Shown piece by piece: positions 15,947-25,480 of a DNA stretch of 61,418 bases. Made by a program: the position numbers and the translations under genes. This stretch comes from a virus (lineage: Duplodnaviria > Caudoviricetes), in IMG/VR virus record IMGVR_UViG_3300022179_000487, positions 1-61,418 of that record; one strand, given 5' to 3'. Under the pieces are notes generated by a model, which ran no database searches, had not been told where the DNA came from, and saw only the letters and a list, made by a program, of their open reading frames with translations. The first letter of the stretch is position 1. The number at the start of each line of letters is the position of its first letter.

Positions 15947-16738
15947 ATGAACCAAGAAACAAAAGACAACGCCCGGCCAACAGGTAGTGCAAGGCCGATA
16001 AAGAAGCTAACCAGGAAGCAGATCGAGCAGGGGTTTGATCAGTTCCCGGTAGAGGTATTGCTATCGTCCGGCCCAGGGAAGAAGGCCGACCTAACACCAA
16101 GACAGAGAGAGTTCGCCCGGCAGCTGGCATTGGCACCAAGTAAGGCCGAAGCGTACAGAAGGGCATATAACTCCACAGGTAAACCCAAAACACAGGGTGA
16201 CCAAGCGTCCAGGTTGTCACGCGATTCCAGAATACACGCTGAAATGGAGGCCTACAAGCTAGCGATAGAGGCAGAGAAACATAGAACCCCTGCACAATTG
16301 AAGTCCCTGCTCGTCCAACAGCTTGTCCAGCACTCCCTTGATGAGGAGTTTCCCCCTGCTCAGCGTGTGCAATGCCTGAAGCTACTGGGCTCACTCTTCG
16401 AGGTCGGTGCGTTCGTTGAGCGCAAAGAGATCACGACCATCAAGCGATCGGAAGACATACGCGCGCGCATCCTGGAGACACTGAAGGACGTAACAGACGT
16501 CCAGGCCATCGATGTGGATGACGGGCTCAGCCTGCTCGCCGAGCTCAGGCCGCGGGACGATGACGAAATCCTGGGTTCTGGCGACCCCACCGCAGGGGCG
16601 CCCCCACAAAAAAGTTCCGGGGGGTCGGGCGAGGATACGCATACTATTCCACTCGAAGGATCCCAATCTAAATCTATTCCACTCGAACGATCCAATCAAA
16701 ATCCTGAGAACACCCCCCCTATCGATTCCGGGGAATGA
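15947..16738 (+). CDS. terS: Terminase small subunit (putative)
   Basis: LTPRQREFA...AEAYRRAY HTH pattern; upstream of terL. Confidence 0.75.
   Translation: MNQETKDNARPTGSARPIKKLTRKQIEQGFDQFPVEVLLSSGPGKKADLTPRQREFARQLALAPSKAEAYRRAYNSTGKPKTQGDQASRLSRDSRIHAEMEAYKLAIEAEKHRTPAQLKSLLVQQLVQHSLDEEFPPAQRVQCLKLLGSLFEVGAFVERKEITTIKRSEDIRARILETLKDVTDVQAIDVDDGLSLLAELRPRDDDEILGSGDPTAGAPPQKSSGGSGEDTHTIPLEGSQSKSIPLERSNQNPENTPPIDSGE
16644..16702 (+). repeat. Imperfect 30-nt tandem repeat CTATTCCACTCGAA... (two copies)
   Basis: Copies start at 16644 and 16674. Confidence 0.8.
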
Positions 16739-16899
16739 GGGGTGGGGGGTATATATTTAGCCAAAACCAAAAGTAGTACTAAAGTTACGTTTTGTAACAA
16801 GTTACATTCCGTGACTAAAGTATTACAAAACATACTAGGGTTAACGTGAAGAAAGTAAACAAAAGTGTTACGGGATTTGAGGAGGGGATGGGTAGGTGT

Positions 16900-17124
16900 A
16901 TGACTGAGAAGCAGAAGACTATTTTTCTTGTGATAGATGAGTGGTGGAAGAGGTTTGGGTATGGGCCGTCTGTAGATGATGTGATGAGGTTGACTGGGGA
17001 CAGGGGCCGGGGTAATGTGGTGCGGACGATGAAGGCTTTGTGTGATTTGGGGATATGTAAGAGGGTTCCTCGTCGGGCTAGGAGTATCCGGCCGGTGTAT
17101 ATCAAGTTTAGGAACATTGAATGA
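16900..17124 (+). CDS. LexA-like winged-helix DNA-binding protein lacking the peptidase domain
   Basis: MTEKQ..IF..I..WW.RFGYGPSV.DV...G...ARSIR. Confidence 0.8.
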   Translation: MTEKQKTIFLVIDEWWKRFGYGPSVDDVMRLTGDRGRGNVVRTMKALCDLGICKRVPRRARSIRPVYIKFRNIE

Positions 17125-18635
17125 AGCTAGACGAGATTGTTTCGGCGATAGAGAAGTTACCTGCTGAAGTTCAAGAGCGGGTGTATGAAGACTTGACGGA
17201 CCTGAAGCGGGCGAAGAAGAGAGAAGAGGCCCAGGTCAACTACATGAAGTATGTAAAGGCAATGTGGCCTGGGTTTGTTCATGGGAGACATCATGCTTTG
17301 ATGGCTAAGAAGTTTGAGGCCATTGCTGAGGGGAAGTTAAAGAGACTGATCATTAACATGCCGCCCCGGCATACAAAGTCTGAGTTTGCGAGTTATTTAC
17401 TGCCTAGTTGGTACTTAGGAAGAAACCCTAATAAGAAGGTGATCCAGTGTTCTAACACAGCGGAACTGGCTGTGGGGTTTGGGCGCAAGGTTAGGAACCT
17501 GGTGGACTCTGAGCACTATGCTGAGATTTTCCCAAATGTGAGCTTGAGGGTAGACAGTAAGGCGGCGGGGCGCTGGGCGACCTCGGGAGGTGGGGAGTAC
17601 TTTGCTATCGGTGTGGGTGGTACGGTGACGGGTAAGGGGGCGGACTTACTAATCATCGACGACCCCCATTCCGAACAAGAAGCGGCGTTGGCGGCTGGAG
17701 ACCCCTCTGTTTACGATAAGGTATATGAGTGGTACACGTCTGGTCCTAGACAGCGTTTACAGCCGGGCGGGGCGATTGTGATCGTGATGACCCGTTGGGG
17801 AGACAGAGACCTGACGGGGCGGGTGATTAAAGATGCCGCGATGAGAGAGAAGGGGGAAGAGTGGGAGGTGATTGAGCTCCCGGCAATCCTCCCGAGTGGA
17901 AATCCCCTGTGGCCAGAGTTCTGGAGCAAAGAAGAACTAGAGGCCCTGAGAGACGAACTCCCCCCGAGTAAGTGGAACGCCCAGTATCAACAAAGCCCGA
18001 CGGGGGAAGAGGGGGCGCTGGTTAAGAGGGAGTGGTGGAAGCTGTGGGAGAAGGATGACCCCCCGAAGATTGAGTACCTGATACAGAGCTGGGACACGGC
18101 GTTTACGAAGAATGAGAGGAGTGACTACTCGGCCTGTGTGACGCTAGGGGTGTTCTATATGAATGAGAACACGAATGATCCTAATATTATCTTGTTGGAC
18201 TCGTTCCAAAAGAGGATGGAGTTCCCTGAGCTGAAGGACAAGGCGATGAGTCACTATCAGTATTGGGAGCCAGATACGTTACTGGTGGAAGCCAAGGCGG
18301 CGGGAGCTCCTTTGGTGTTTGAGCTGAGGCAGATGGGGATCCCGGTGACGGAGTACACGCCCAGTCGAGGGACGCGGCAGGTGAGTAATGACAAGTTTGC
18401 CCGATTAAATTCTGTGACTGATTTGTTCAGGTCGGGTAAAGTATGGGCACCGGACACCCGATGGGCGTATGAGCTGATTGAGCAGATGGCTGCTTTCCCG
18501 AATGCTGAGCACGATGACTTAGTAGACGCGACGGTTCAGGCGTTATTGAGGTTCAGACAAGGTGGGTTTTTGCGTCTTCAGACTGATGAAGCGGACGAGC
18601 CTATAAGTTTCAAGCGGAAACGCGCTTACTATTAA
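17121..18635 (+). CDS. terL: Terminase large subunit
   Basis: MPPRHTKS, LIIDDP, VMTRW, AQYQQSP, QSWDTA, HDDLVD. Confidence 0.95.
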   Translation: MKLDEIVSAIEKLPAEVQERVYEDLTDLKRAKKREEAQVNYMKYVKAMWPGFVHGRHHALMAKKFEAIAEGKLKRLIINMPPRHTKSEFASYLLPSWYLGRNPNKKVIQCSNTAELAVGFGRKVRNLVDSEHYAEIFPNVSLRVDSKAAGRWATSGGGEYFAIGVGGTVTGKGADLLIIDDPHSEQEAALAAGDPSVYDKVYEWYTSGPRQRLQPGGAIVIVMTRWGDRDLTGRVIKDAAMREKGEEWEVIELPAILPSGNPLWPEFWSKEELEALRDELPPSKWNAQYQQSPTGEEGALVKREWWKLWEKDDPPKIEYLIQSWDTAFTKNERSDYSACVTLGVFYMNENTNDPNIILLDSFQKRMEFPELKDKAMSHYQYWEPDTLLVEAKAAGAPLVFELRQMGIPVTEYTPSRGTRQVSNDKFARLNSVTDLFRSGKVWAPDTRWAYELIEQMAAFPNAEHDDLVDATVQALLRFRQGGFLRLQTDEADEPISFKRKRAYY

Positions 18636-18643
18636 GGTAGAAC

Positions 18644-21136
18644 ATGGCCACAAACAGCATGACACCGAGTTTGTATCAGGCTCCCGAGGGGCTAGAGTCG
18701 ATTGCAATGGAACCCGCGATCGAAATTGAGATCGAGAACCCTGAAGGCGTGAAGATCGGGATTGATGGGATGGAAATTGACCTGATGCCTGATAAGGAAG
18801 AGGGTGAGTTTGATGCCAACCTGGCCGAAGATATGGACGAAGGGGCTCTTCAGTCGGTTGCCGAAGACATCATGGGATTGGTTGACGCAGATATCTCGTC
18901 CAGAAAAGACTGGGTTGAGATGTATGTGAAGGGTTTAGAAGTTCTCGGCATGAAGTATGAGGAGAGAACTGAGCCTTGGAACGGGGCGTGTGGAGTTTTC
19001 TCGACGTTATTGACAGAAGCGGCGGTTAAATTTCAGAGTGAGACGATTATTGAGACGTTTCCCGCAGCCGGGCCGGTCAAAACTGAGATTATTGGAGCGA
19101 TCGACCGCTTGAAAGAGCAAGCCGCAGAGCGAGTTCGTGAAGATATGAACTACCAGCTCACTGAGGTGATGACTGAATACCGCCCTGAGCACGAGAGAAT
19201 GCTGTTTAACCTGGGTTTAGCGGGTGCGGCGTTTAAGAAAGTTTATTTTGATCCTGGGATGGGGCGTCAGACCTCGATATTTATCCCGGCAGAAGACATC
19301 ATTATTCCCTACGGATCGACGGGAGTGCGCAATTCAGAGCGTGTAACGCATCTGATGAGGAAAACCAAGAACGATGTGAAGAAACTGCAGGTTGCAGGGT
19401 TCTATCGAGACGTTGATCTGGGTGAGCCGGTGATGATTCACACGGATGTGGAGAAGAAAAAGGCTGAGGAGCAGGGATACAGCCTGACTGATGACGATCG
19501 GTACCAGATTGCCGAGGTTCATATTGATTACGACATGCCTGGGTATGAGGATAAGGACGGAATTGCTCTTCCTTATGTGGTGACGATTGACCGGGCGTCG
19601 ATGGAAGTGCTGGCCATCCGCAGAAACTGGAATCCTGACGATGAAAACAAGCTCAAGCGCCAACATTTCGTTCAATATGACTATATTCCTGGCTTTGGCG
19701 CTTATGGCTTTGGCTATATTCACCTTATTGGTGGTTATGCTCGCGCCGGTACTGTTCTTATTCGCCAGCTTGTGGATGCTGGTACGCTTTCTAACCTTCC
19801 TGGGGGTCTTAAATCCCGAGGTTTGAGGGTTAAAGGCGACGACACTCCCATTGCCCCGGGTGAATTCCGCGATGTTGACGTACCCAGTGGTGCGATCAAA
19901 GACAACATCATGGCTTTGCCCTATAAAGAGCCGAGCCAGGTTCTGTCTGGGCTGTTAGACAAGATCACTAACGAAGCACGACGCCTGGGATCTATTGCTG
20001 ACATGAACATCAGCGATATGAGTGCCAATGCCCCGGTGGGAACGACGTTGGCTCTCTTAGAGCGCCAGCTCAAGACGATGAGTGCGGTCCAGGCGCGTGT
20101 GCATTTCTCGATGCGCCAGGAGTTCAAACTCCTAAAGTCGATTATCAGAGACTATGCTCCGACGGAGTATGACTTTGATCCTGAGAGCGGCGACCGCATG
20201 GCCCGCCAGTCAGACTATGACTCGGTAGACGTGATCCCGGTAAGTGATCCCAACAGCTCGACGATGGCTCAGCGGATCATGCAGTACCAAGCGGTCATGC
20301 AAATGGCCCAAGGTGCTCCTCAGATCTATGACCTGCCGTATCTGCACCGCCAGATGATTGAGGTGTTGGGTGTTAAGAATGGAGAGAAGCTGGTTCCCAT
20401 GTCTGATGACATGAAGCCGCGTGATCCGATCAGCGAGAACATGGCGTTCTTGAATGGTAAGCCTACCAAGGCGTTTATCTACCAGGACCATGAGGCCCAT
20501 ATCGCTGTTCACACGTCGATGTTGCAGGATCCTATGATCATGGGACAGATTGGCCAAACGCCGATGGCCCAGCAGATGCAAGGTGCGATCATGGCCCACG
20601 TTGCGGAGCACATGGCGTTCCGCTACCGCGATCAGATCCAAGAGCGCATGGGTGTGACGATGCCCGCCCCTGATGTTGAGTTGCCTGAGCAGGTCGAGGT
20701 CCAGCTGTCGAAGATGGTGGCCGAAGCCGCGAAGCAGTTGTTGCAGTTGCACAAAGGTGAAGCCGCCCAACAGCAGGCCCAACAACAGATGCAAGACCCG
20801 ATCATCCAGATGCAGCAACAAGAGCTCCAGCTCAAGGCGCAAGAGGTGCAGACCAAGGCTCAGAAGGTGCAGGGAGACTTGCAGATCAAGCAGGCCGAGC
20901 TTCAGCTGAAGGCTCAGCAGGCTCAGAACAAGGATCAGGGACCGATGATCGCGGCGCAGGCTGCAGCTCAAAAGGCCCAGATGGACATGCAGATGTCCCA
21001 GGAAGAACATGCGTTGAGGATGCGTCAATCTCAGCAAACGCATGAGCAGAAGTTGGCCCAGCAACAAGAAGAGGCGGCTCTTCGGGTGCGTGACCAGCTG
21101 ATGGCTTCATTGTCAAAACGCAACAAAGGAGATTAA
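18644..21136 (+). CDS. Portal protein with long Q-rich C-terminal coiled coil
   Basis: Follows terL; 830 aa; helical Q-rich barrel-like tail as in P22-type portals. Confidence 0.88.
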   Translation: MATNSMTPSLYQAPEGLESIAMEPAIEIEIENPEGVKIGIDGMEIDLMPDKEEGEFDANLAEDMDEGALQSVAEDIMGLVDADISSRKDWVEMYVKGLEVLGMKYEERTEPWNGACGVFSTLLTEAAVKFQSETIIETFPAAGPVKTEIIGAIDRLKEQAAERVREDMNYQLTEVMTEYRPEHERMLFNLGLAGAAFKKVYFDPGMGRQTSIFIPAEDIIIPYGSTGVRNSERVTHLMRKTKNDVKKLQVAGFYRDVDLGEPVMIHTDVEKKKAEEQGYSLTDDDRYQIAEVHIDYDMPGYEDKDGIALPYVVTIDRASMEVLAIRRNWNPDDENKLKRQHFVQYDYIPGFGAYGFGYIHLIGGYARAGTVLIRQLVDAGTLSNLPGGLKSRGLRVKGDDTPIAPGEFRDVDVPSGAIKDNIMALPYKEPSQVLSGLLDKITNEARRLGSIADMNISDMSANAPVGTTLALLERQLKTMSAVQARVHFSMRQEFKLLKSIIRDYAPTEYDFDPESGDRMARQSDYDSVDVIPVSDPNSSTMAQRIMQYQAVMQMAQGAPQIYDLPYLHRQMIEVLGVKNGEKLVPMSDDMKPRDPISENMAFLNGKPTKAFIYQDHEAHIAVHTSMLQDPMIMGQIGQTPMAQQMQGAIMAHVAEHMAFRYRDQIQERMGVTMPAPDVELPEQVEVQLSKMVAEAAKQLLQLHKGEAAQQQAQQQMQDPIIQMQQQELQLKAQEVQTKAQKVQGDLQIKQAELQLKAQQAQNKDQGPMIAAQAAAQKAQMDMQMSQEEHALRMRQSQQTHEQKLAQQQEEAALRVRDQLMASLSKRNKGD

Positions 21137-21328
21137 TTGGACGAGTATGAATATCTAAACTCTAAGCTCGAAGAGCGGAGAAAAGAACTTGTCGAGTTTT
21201 TGGGTGATGGTGGTGCTAAGTCCTACGATCACTACAAAGAGGTGTGCGGGATTATCCGAGGTCTCCTGACCGCACAGTCTGAAATAGGTGACCTCGTGCG
21301 AAAAATGAAAGACTACGACAATGACTGA
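21137..21328 (+). CDS. Small head-module protein
   Basis: TTG start with AAGGAG; YKEVCG.IRGL. Confidence 0.7.
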   Translation: MDEYEYLNSKLEERRKELVEFLGDGGAKSYDHYKEVCGIIRGLLTAQSEIGDLVRKMKDYDND

Positions 21329-21722
21329 GTTTGATGTGAGTGCTGTTGATTTGTCTGGGATATTAAACACCCCGGCAGAGGAAAAGGCAAAACAAGTGCC
21401 TGATCCTGCGACGTACCATCTCCTGTGCGTTCTTCCAGAGATTGAAGAAGAATATGGAGATACTGGTTTGGTGAAAGCCGGCCAGACGATGCATTACGAG
21501 GAGCTTTTGTCCCCCGTACTGTTTGTTGTAAAGATGGGTCCAGACGCCTACAAGGACGAGAAGAGATTCCCGAGTGGTCCTTCTTGTAAGGTAGGTGACT
21601 TTGTATTGGTCCGACCCAATACTGGGACTCGAATCAAGATTCACGGCAAAGAATTCAGGATCATTAACGATGATTCTGTCGAGGCTGTGGTTCAAGACCC
21701 CCGGGGTATTTCCCGTGCGTAA
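21321..21722 (+). CDS. GroES/Cpn10-like co-chaperonin
   Basis: VVKMGPDAY, CKVGDFVL, G.RIKIHGKEFRIINDDSVEAVV. Confidence 0.85.
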   Translation: MTEFDVSAVDLSGILNTPAEEKAKQVPDPATYHLLCVLPEIEEEYGDTGLVKAGQTMHYEELLSPVLFVVKMGPDAYKDEKRFPSGPSCKVGDFVLVRPNTGTRIKIHGKEFRIINDDSVEAVVQDPRGISRA

Positions 21723-21731
21723 GGAGTAAAT

Positions 21732-22667
21732 ATGGAAAAAGTTGAATTTGAATTTCCTGATGAGGCTTCAGAGAATCCTCGTAAGGGTGGTGCTGTGGTC
21801 AAGGCCCAGGATGATGAGATTGAGATCATTGACGACACGCCTGAGCAAGACCGCAACAGAAAACCGATGGAAGAGCCTCCCAAGGAGTTTGAGGAGGACG
21901 AGATCGCCAAGTACGACGAGAGCGTACAAAAGCGAATCAAGCATTTTACGAAGGGCTACCACGAGGAGCGCCGGGCCAAAGAGGCGGCGTTGCGCGAGCG
22001 TGAAGAGGCTATTCGTATTGCCCAGGCCATTGCCGACGAGAACAAGAAACTGAAAGGCTCTTTAAGTGCCAATCAGAATGTGTTACTTGAGCAGGCCAAA
22101 AAGACTGTAAGCGGGGAAGTGGAAGAGGCTAAGCGCAAGTACAAGGAAGCGTACGAAGCTGGGGACTCTGATGCTTTGGTAGCGGCTCAGGAGGAGCTGA
22201 CTTCTGCCAAGATGAAAATGGAGAGAGTTAATAACTTTCGGCCTGCCCCTTTACAAGAAGATCAAACTAATGTACAAATCGCCCAACAGCCCCGAGCGGC
22301 TCCTGTTGACAACAAACTACTTGCTTGGCAAGAACGCAATCAGTGGTTTGGTGCTAACAAGAAAATGACGGCCTATGCTTTAGGACTTCATGAGGATTTG
22401 CTCGAGGAAGGAATTTCTGCAGGCAGTGATGAATACTATCGACGTATTGACGCTGACATGCAGGGACGTTTCCCAGATGCGTTTGAGTCTGGGAAGCCTG
22501 CTGATGCTACATCTCGGCAGACAAAATCAAACGTTGTCTCACCGGCAACGCGGAGTACTGCGCCTAAGAAAGTCGTACTTACCAAATCGCAGGTGGAAAT
22601 CGCCAAGCGGCTAGGAGTTCCTTTGGATCTTTATGCTCGTAAGGTTGCGGATGAAATGAGGAAATGA
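21732..22667 (+). CDS. Putative capsid scaffolding protein
   Basis: Acidic N-terminus, long coiled coil, located before capsid genes. Confidence 0.65.
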   Translation: MEKVEFEFPDEASENPRKGGAVVKAQDDEIEIIDDTPEQDRNRKPMEEPPKEFEEDEIAKYDESVQKRIKHFTKGYHEERRAKEAALREREEAIRIAQAIADENKKLKGSLSANQNVLLEQAKKTVSGEVEEAKRKYKEAYEAGDSDALVAAQEELTSAKMKMERVNNFRPAPLQEDQTNVQIAQQPRAAPVDNKLLAWQERNQWFGANKKMTAYALGLHEDLLEEGISAGSDEYYRRIDADMQGRFPDAFESGKPADATSRQTKSNVVSPATRSTAPKKVVLTKSQVEIAKRLGVPLDLYARKVADEMRK

Positions 22668-23119
22668 AAATGACACAGATTCGTGAAAAACGTGAGATTG
22701 GAAGTCGTGAAAAAGCTGAGCGTCCTAAGCGTTGGATGCCGCCCCAGCTTCTGCCTGATCCGAACCCGGAGCCAGGTTATGCGTTTCGTTGGGTCCGACT
22801 GAGCACTCTGAATTCACCTGATGCCACAAACATCTCTTCAAAATTCCGCGAAGGTTGGGAACCTGTAAAGGCTTCGGAACACCCCGAGGTGGTTCTTCTG
22901 GGCAACCAAGAAGGTCGCTTCAAGGACTCCATCGAGATCGGTGGTCTGCTGCTTTGCAAAATTCCAGTTGAGTTTATTGAGGATCGTGAAGCGTATTACC
23001 TGGATCAGGCTAACGCGCAGATGAACTCGGTAGATAACAACTTCATGCGTGAGAGTGACGCTCGTATGCCTCTCTTCAATGAGCGGAAGACGAAGGTTAC
23101 TTTCGGTAAAGGTATGTAA
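22664..23119 (+). CDS. Conserved head-module protein
   Basis: FRWVR, REGWEPV, IGGLLLCK. Confidence 0.7.
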   Translation: MKMTQIREKREIGSREKAERPKRWMPPQLLPDPNPEPGYAFRWVRLSTLNSPDATNISSKFREGWEPVKASEHPEVVLLGNQEGRFKDSIEIGGLLLCKIPVEFIEDREAYYLDQANAQMNSVDNNFMRESDARMPLFNERKTKVTFGKGM

Positions 23120-23135
23120 CTTTTAGGAGTCCAAA

Positions 23136-23741
23136 ATGGCTTATCCCACAGTAAGCGCTCCTTACGGCCTAAAGCCTATCAACCGAGTTGATGGCATGCC
23201 GTATGCAGGCGCGATTCGCCAGATTCCCATTGCTTCAGGCTACGCAACCGCCATTCTGAATGGCGCGACCGTGAAACTAAGTGGTGGTTATCTTGTTGCT
23301 GACACCGCTACCAACAATGCCACTCCCTGTGGTGTTTTGGTTGGTTGCCAGTATGTCAACTCTAGCGGTCAGACCGTGCAGGGCCAGTACTATCCGGCCA
23401 GCCAGTCTACTGCTACCAACCCGGCTTATGCCTACGTTGTGGATGATCCGAACGCTTTGTTCAAAGTGGCCGTTGTGTCTTCTGGCACCACGATCACCTA
23501 TACGGATCGTACGGTTGTCGGTTCTAACCTGCCCCTGGTTCAAAACGGCGGCTCGACCACCACTGGTGACTCGACCATCGGTGTGACCGCAACGGGCGGC
23601 GGCACAACCGCTACCATCCCTCTGCGTGTGATTGATGTTGTTCCTGACACCTCGGTTGTCGTTAGCGGTACCACGTACTACTACGAACTGCTGGTCAAGA
23701 TCAACACGCACCAGTACAACAACACCACTGGCGTGTCTTGA
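23136..23741 (+). CDS. Putative head decoration/cement protein
   Basis: Beta-rich, Thr/Gly-rich, directly upstream of the major capsid gene. Confidence 0.6.
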   Translation: MAYPTVSAPYGLKPINRVDGMPYAGAIRQIPIASGYATAILNGATVKLSGGYLVADTATNNATPCGVLVGCQYVNSSGQTVQGQYYPASQSTATNPAYAYVVDDPNALFKVAVVSSGTTITYTDRTVVGSNLPLVQNGGSTTTGDSTIGVTATGGGTTATIPLRVIDVVPDTSVVVSGTTYYYELLVKINTHQYNNTTGVS

Positions 23742-23755
23742 TAAGGAGCTAAATC

Positions 23756-24667
23756 ATGGCTATTTCACGCGCACAACTACTTAAAGAACTGCTCCCCGGC
23801 TTGAACGCCCTGTTTGGCCTGGAGTACGCCCGTTATGGCGAGGAACATAAAGAGATTTATGAGACCGAAACCTCCGAGCGTTCGTTCGAAGAAGAAACCA
23901 AGCTGTCTGGCTTCTCCGCCGCTCCGGTGAAGAACGAAGGCTCTGCCATTGCTTATGACAATGCGCAGGAAGCCTGGACGGCTCGCTACACCCACGAGAC
24001 CATTGCTATGGGCTTCTCGATCACTGAAGAGGCGATCGAAGATAACCTGTACGACAGTCTGTCCAGCCGCTACACAAAAGCGCTGGCTCGTGCGATGGCG
24101 TACACCAAGCAGGTCAAGGCCGCTAACGTGCTGAACAACGCGTTCAACACTGGCGTTACCTACGGCGACGGCGTTTCCCTGTGTAACACCGCTCACCCGC
24201 TGATCTCTGGTGGCACCAACAGCAACCGCCCCACCACTGGCGCTGACCTGAATGAAACGTCGTTGGAAAACGCCGTGATTCAGATCGCCGCTTGGACGGA
24301 TGAACGCGGTCTGCTGATTGCAGCCAAGCCCAAGAAGCTGGTCGTTCCGCCGGCACTGATGTTCGTGGCTACCCGCCTGCTCGAGACCGAGCTGCGCGTT
24401 GGTACGACCGACAACGACATCAACGCCCTGAAGAACAACGGTTCCATCCCCGATGGCTACTGTGTCAACCACTTCTTGACCGACACGAACGCCTGGTTCC
24501 TGACCACGGACGTGCCCAACGGCTTGAAGCACTTCGTGCGTACCCCGCTGTCTAATTCAATGGATGGTGATTTCGACACTGGAAACGTTCGCTATAAAGC
24601 ACGTGAACGTTATTCGTTTGGTGTTTCGGACCCCCTGGGTATCTTCGGAAGCCCTGGTTCGTCCTGA
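23756..24667 (+). CDS. Major capsid protein
   Basis: MAISRAQLLKELLPGLNALFG, KNEG, KLVVPPAL, RERYSFG; strong codon bias; terminator follows. Confidence 0.92.
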   Translation: MAISRAQLLKELLPGLNALFGLEYARYGEEHKEIYETETSERSFEEETKLSGFSAAPVKNEGSAIAYDNAQEAWTARYTHETIAMGFSITEEAIEDNLYDSLSSRYTKALARAMAYTKQVKAANVLNNAFNTGVTYGDGVSLCNTAHPLISGGTNSNRPTTGADLNETSLENAVIQIAAWTDERGLLIAAKPKKLVVPPALMFVATRLLETELRVGTTDNDINALKNNGSIPDGYCVNHFLTDTNAWFLTTDVPNGLKHFVRTPLSNSMDGDFDTGNVRYKARERYSFGVSDPLGIFGSPGSS

Positions 24668-24689
24668 AATTAGTACTAAAAGTACTACT

Positions 24690-24719
24690 AAGGGGCCCTT
24701 CGGGGCCCCTTTTCTTTTT
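24690..24719 (+). terminator. Intrinsic terminator
   Basis: AAGGGGCCC-TTCG-GGGCCCCTT followed by a T-tract. Confidence 0.9.
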
Positions 24720-24766
24720 CTGGCTATTTGTGGTACATTACCTGTAACTAAGTCACAGGAGCAATC

Positions 24767-25387
24767 ATGGACACCACAAACTTACCCAAGACCAGGTCAG
24801 AGGCTAAAGCTGTTGGAGCTGCGTACTACTTCACAGGGGATCCTTGCAAGCATGGCCACATTGCTCCGCGCAAGACCAAGGGATCCTGCGTCGAGTGCTT
24901 GAAGATCGAGTGGGCCAAGGGCAATGAAACCCGGGCGGAGTACTTTCGGCAGTACAACCAGCGGGAGGACATTAAAGAGCGCAAGCATGAGTGGTATCAG
25001 GAGAACAAAGAGCAGGTTATGCAGGCTGCTGCTACCCGCCCCGCCGAGCGTCTCCGGGCCTACAGGAATGCGTGGAAAGAAGCCAACAAAGTACAGGTCC
25101 GTGCGGATACAAAAGCCCGACGTAGGAAGCATCGTGACGCAACACCGCCTTGGATTAGCAGGCGGCAAAAATCTGATATCCGGCAGCTGTACCAGATTGC
25201 CATAACCATGACACAAACTACCGGTGAGCAGTATGTTGTGGACCACATTTACCCGCTTCGCTCAGATGTTGTGTGCGGGCTTCACGTGCCATGGAATTTG
25301 AGAGTAGTTACGCGCGAAGAGAACCAGCGTAAATCAAATAGTTTGCCTGATGATTCAGAAGCTATTGCATTTCCGCCCACCTCATGA
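24767..25387 (+). CDS. Free-standing HNH endonuclease
   Basis: PCKHGH..CVEC; VDHIYPL...CGLHVPWNL.....EN..KSN. Confidence 0.9.
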   Translation: MDTTNLPKTRSEAKAVGAAYYFTGDPCKHGHIAPRKTKGSCVECLKIEWAKGNETRAEYFRQYNQREDIKERKHEWYQENKEQVMQAAATRPAERLRAYRNAWKEANKVQVRADTKARRRKHRDATPPWISRRQKSDIRQLYQIAITMTQTTGEQYVVDHIYPLRSDVVCGLHVPWNLRVVTREENQRKSNSLPDDSEAIAFPPTS

Positions 25388-25401
25388 TACAAATAGGCAC
25401 T

Positions 25402-25467
25402 CCGGGCTTTCCGGTGTGTCAAACGGTCCCGGCCGACGTCATGCAGATTGGCACACTACAACGCATG
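25402..25467 (+). ncRNA. Putative kissing-hairpin cis-regulatory RNA
   Basis: Three crossing helices directly upstream of the RBS of 25481. Confidence 0.5.
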
Positions 25468-25480
25468 AAAGGAACCCATC

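Noticed and set aside
20210-21067. Long antisense ORFs over the portal, capsid (23777..24532) and ejection genes (45936..46871, 47691..48428)
   Set aside because: Shadow frames of strongly biased genes; no RBS or motifs
21321-21722. GroES without GroEL as a novelty
   Set aside because: Phage co-chaperonins that use host GroEL are well known (T4 gp31)
23798-23807. 10-nt complement of the small-RNA copy 2 core in the capsid gene
   Set aside because: A match of this length is expected by chance in a 61-kb genome
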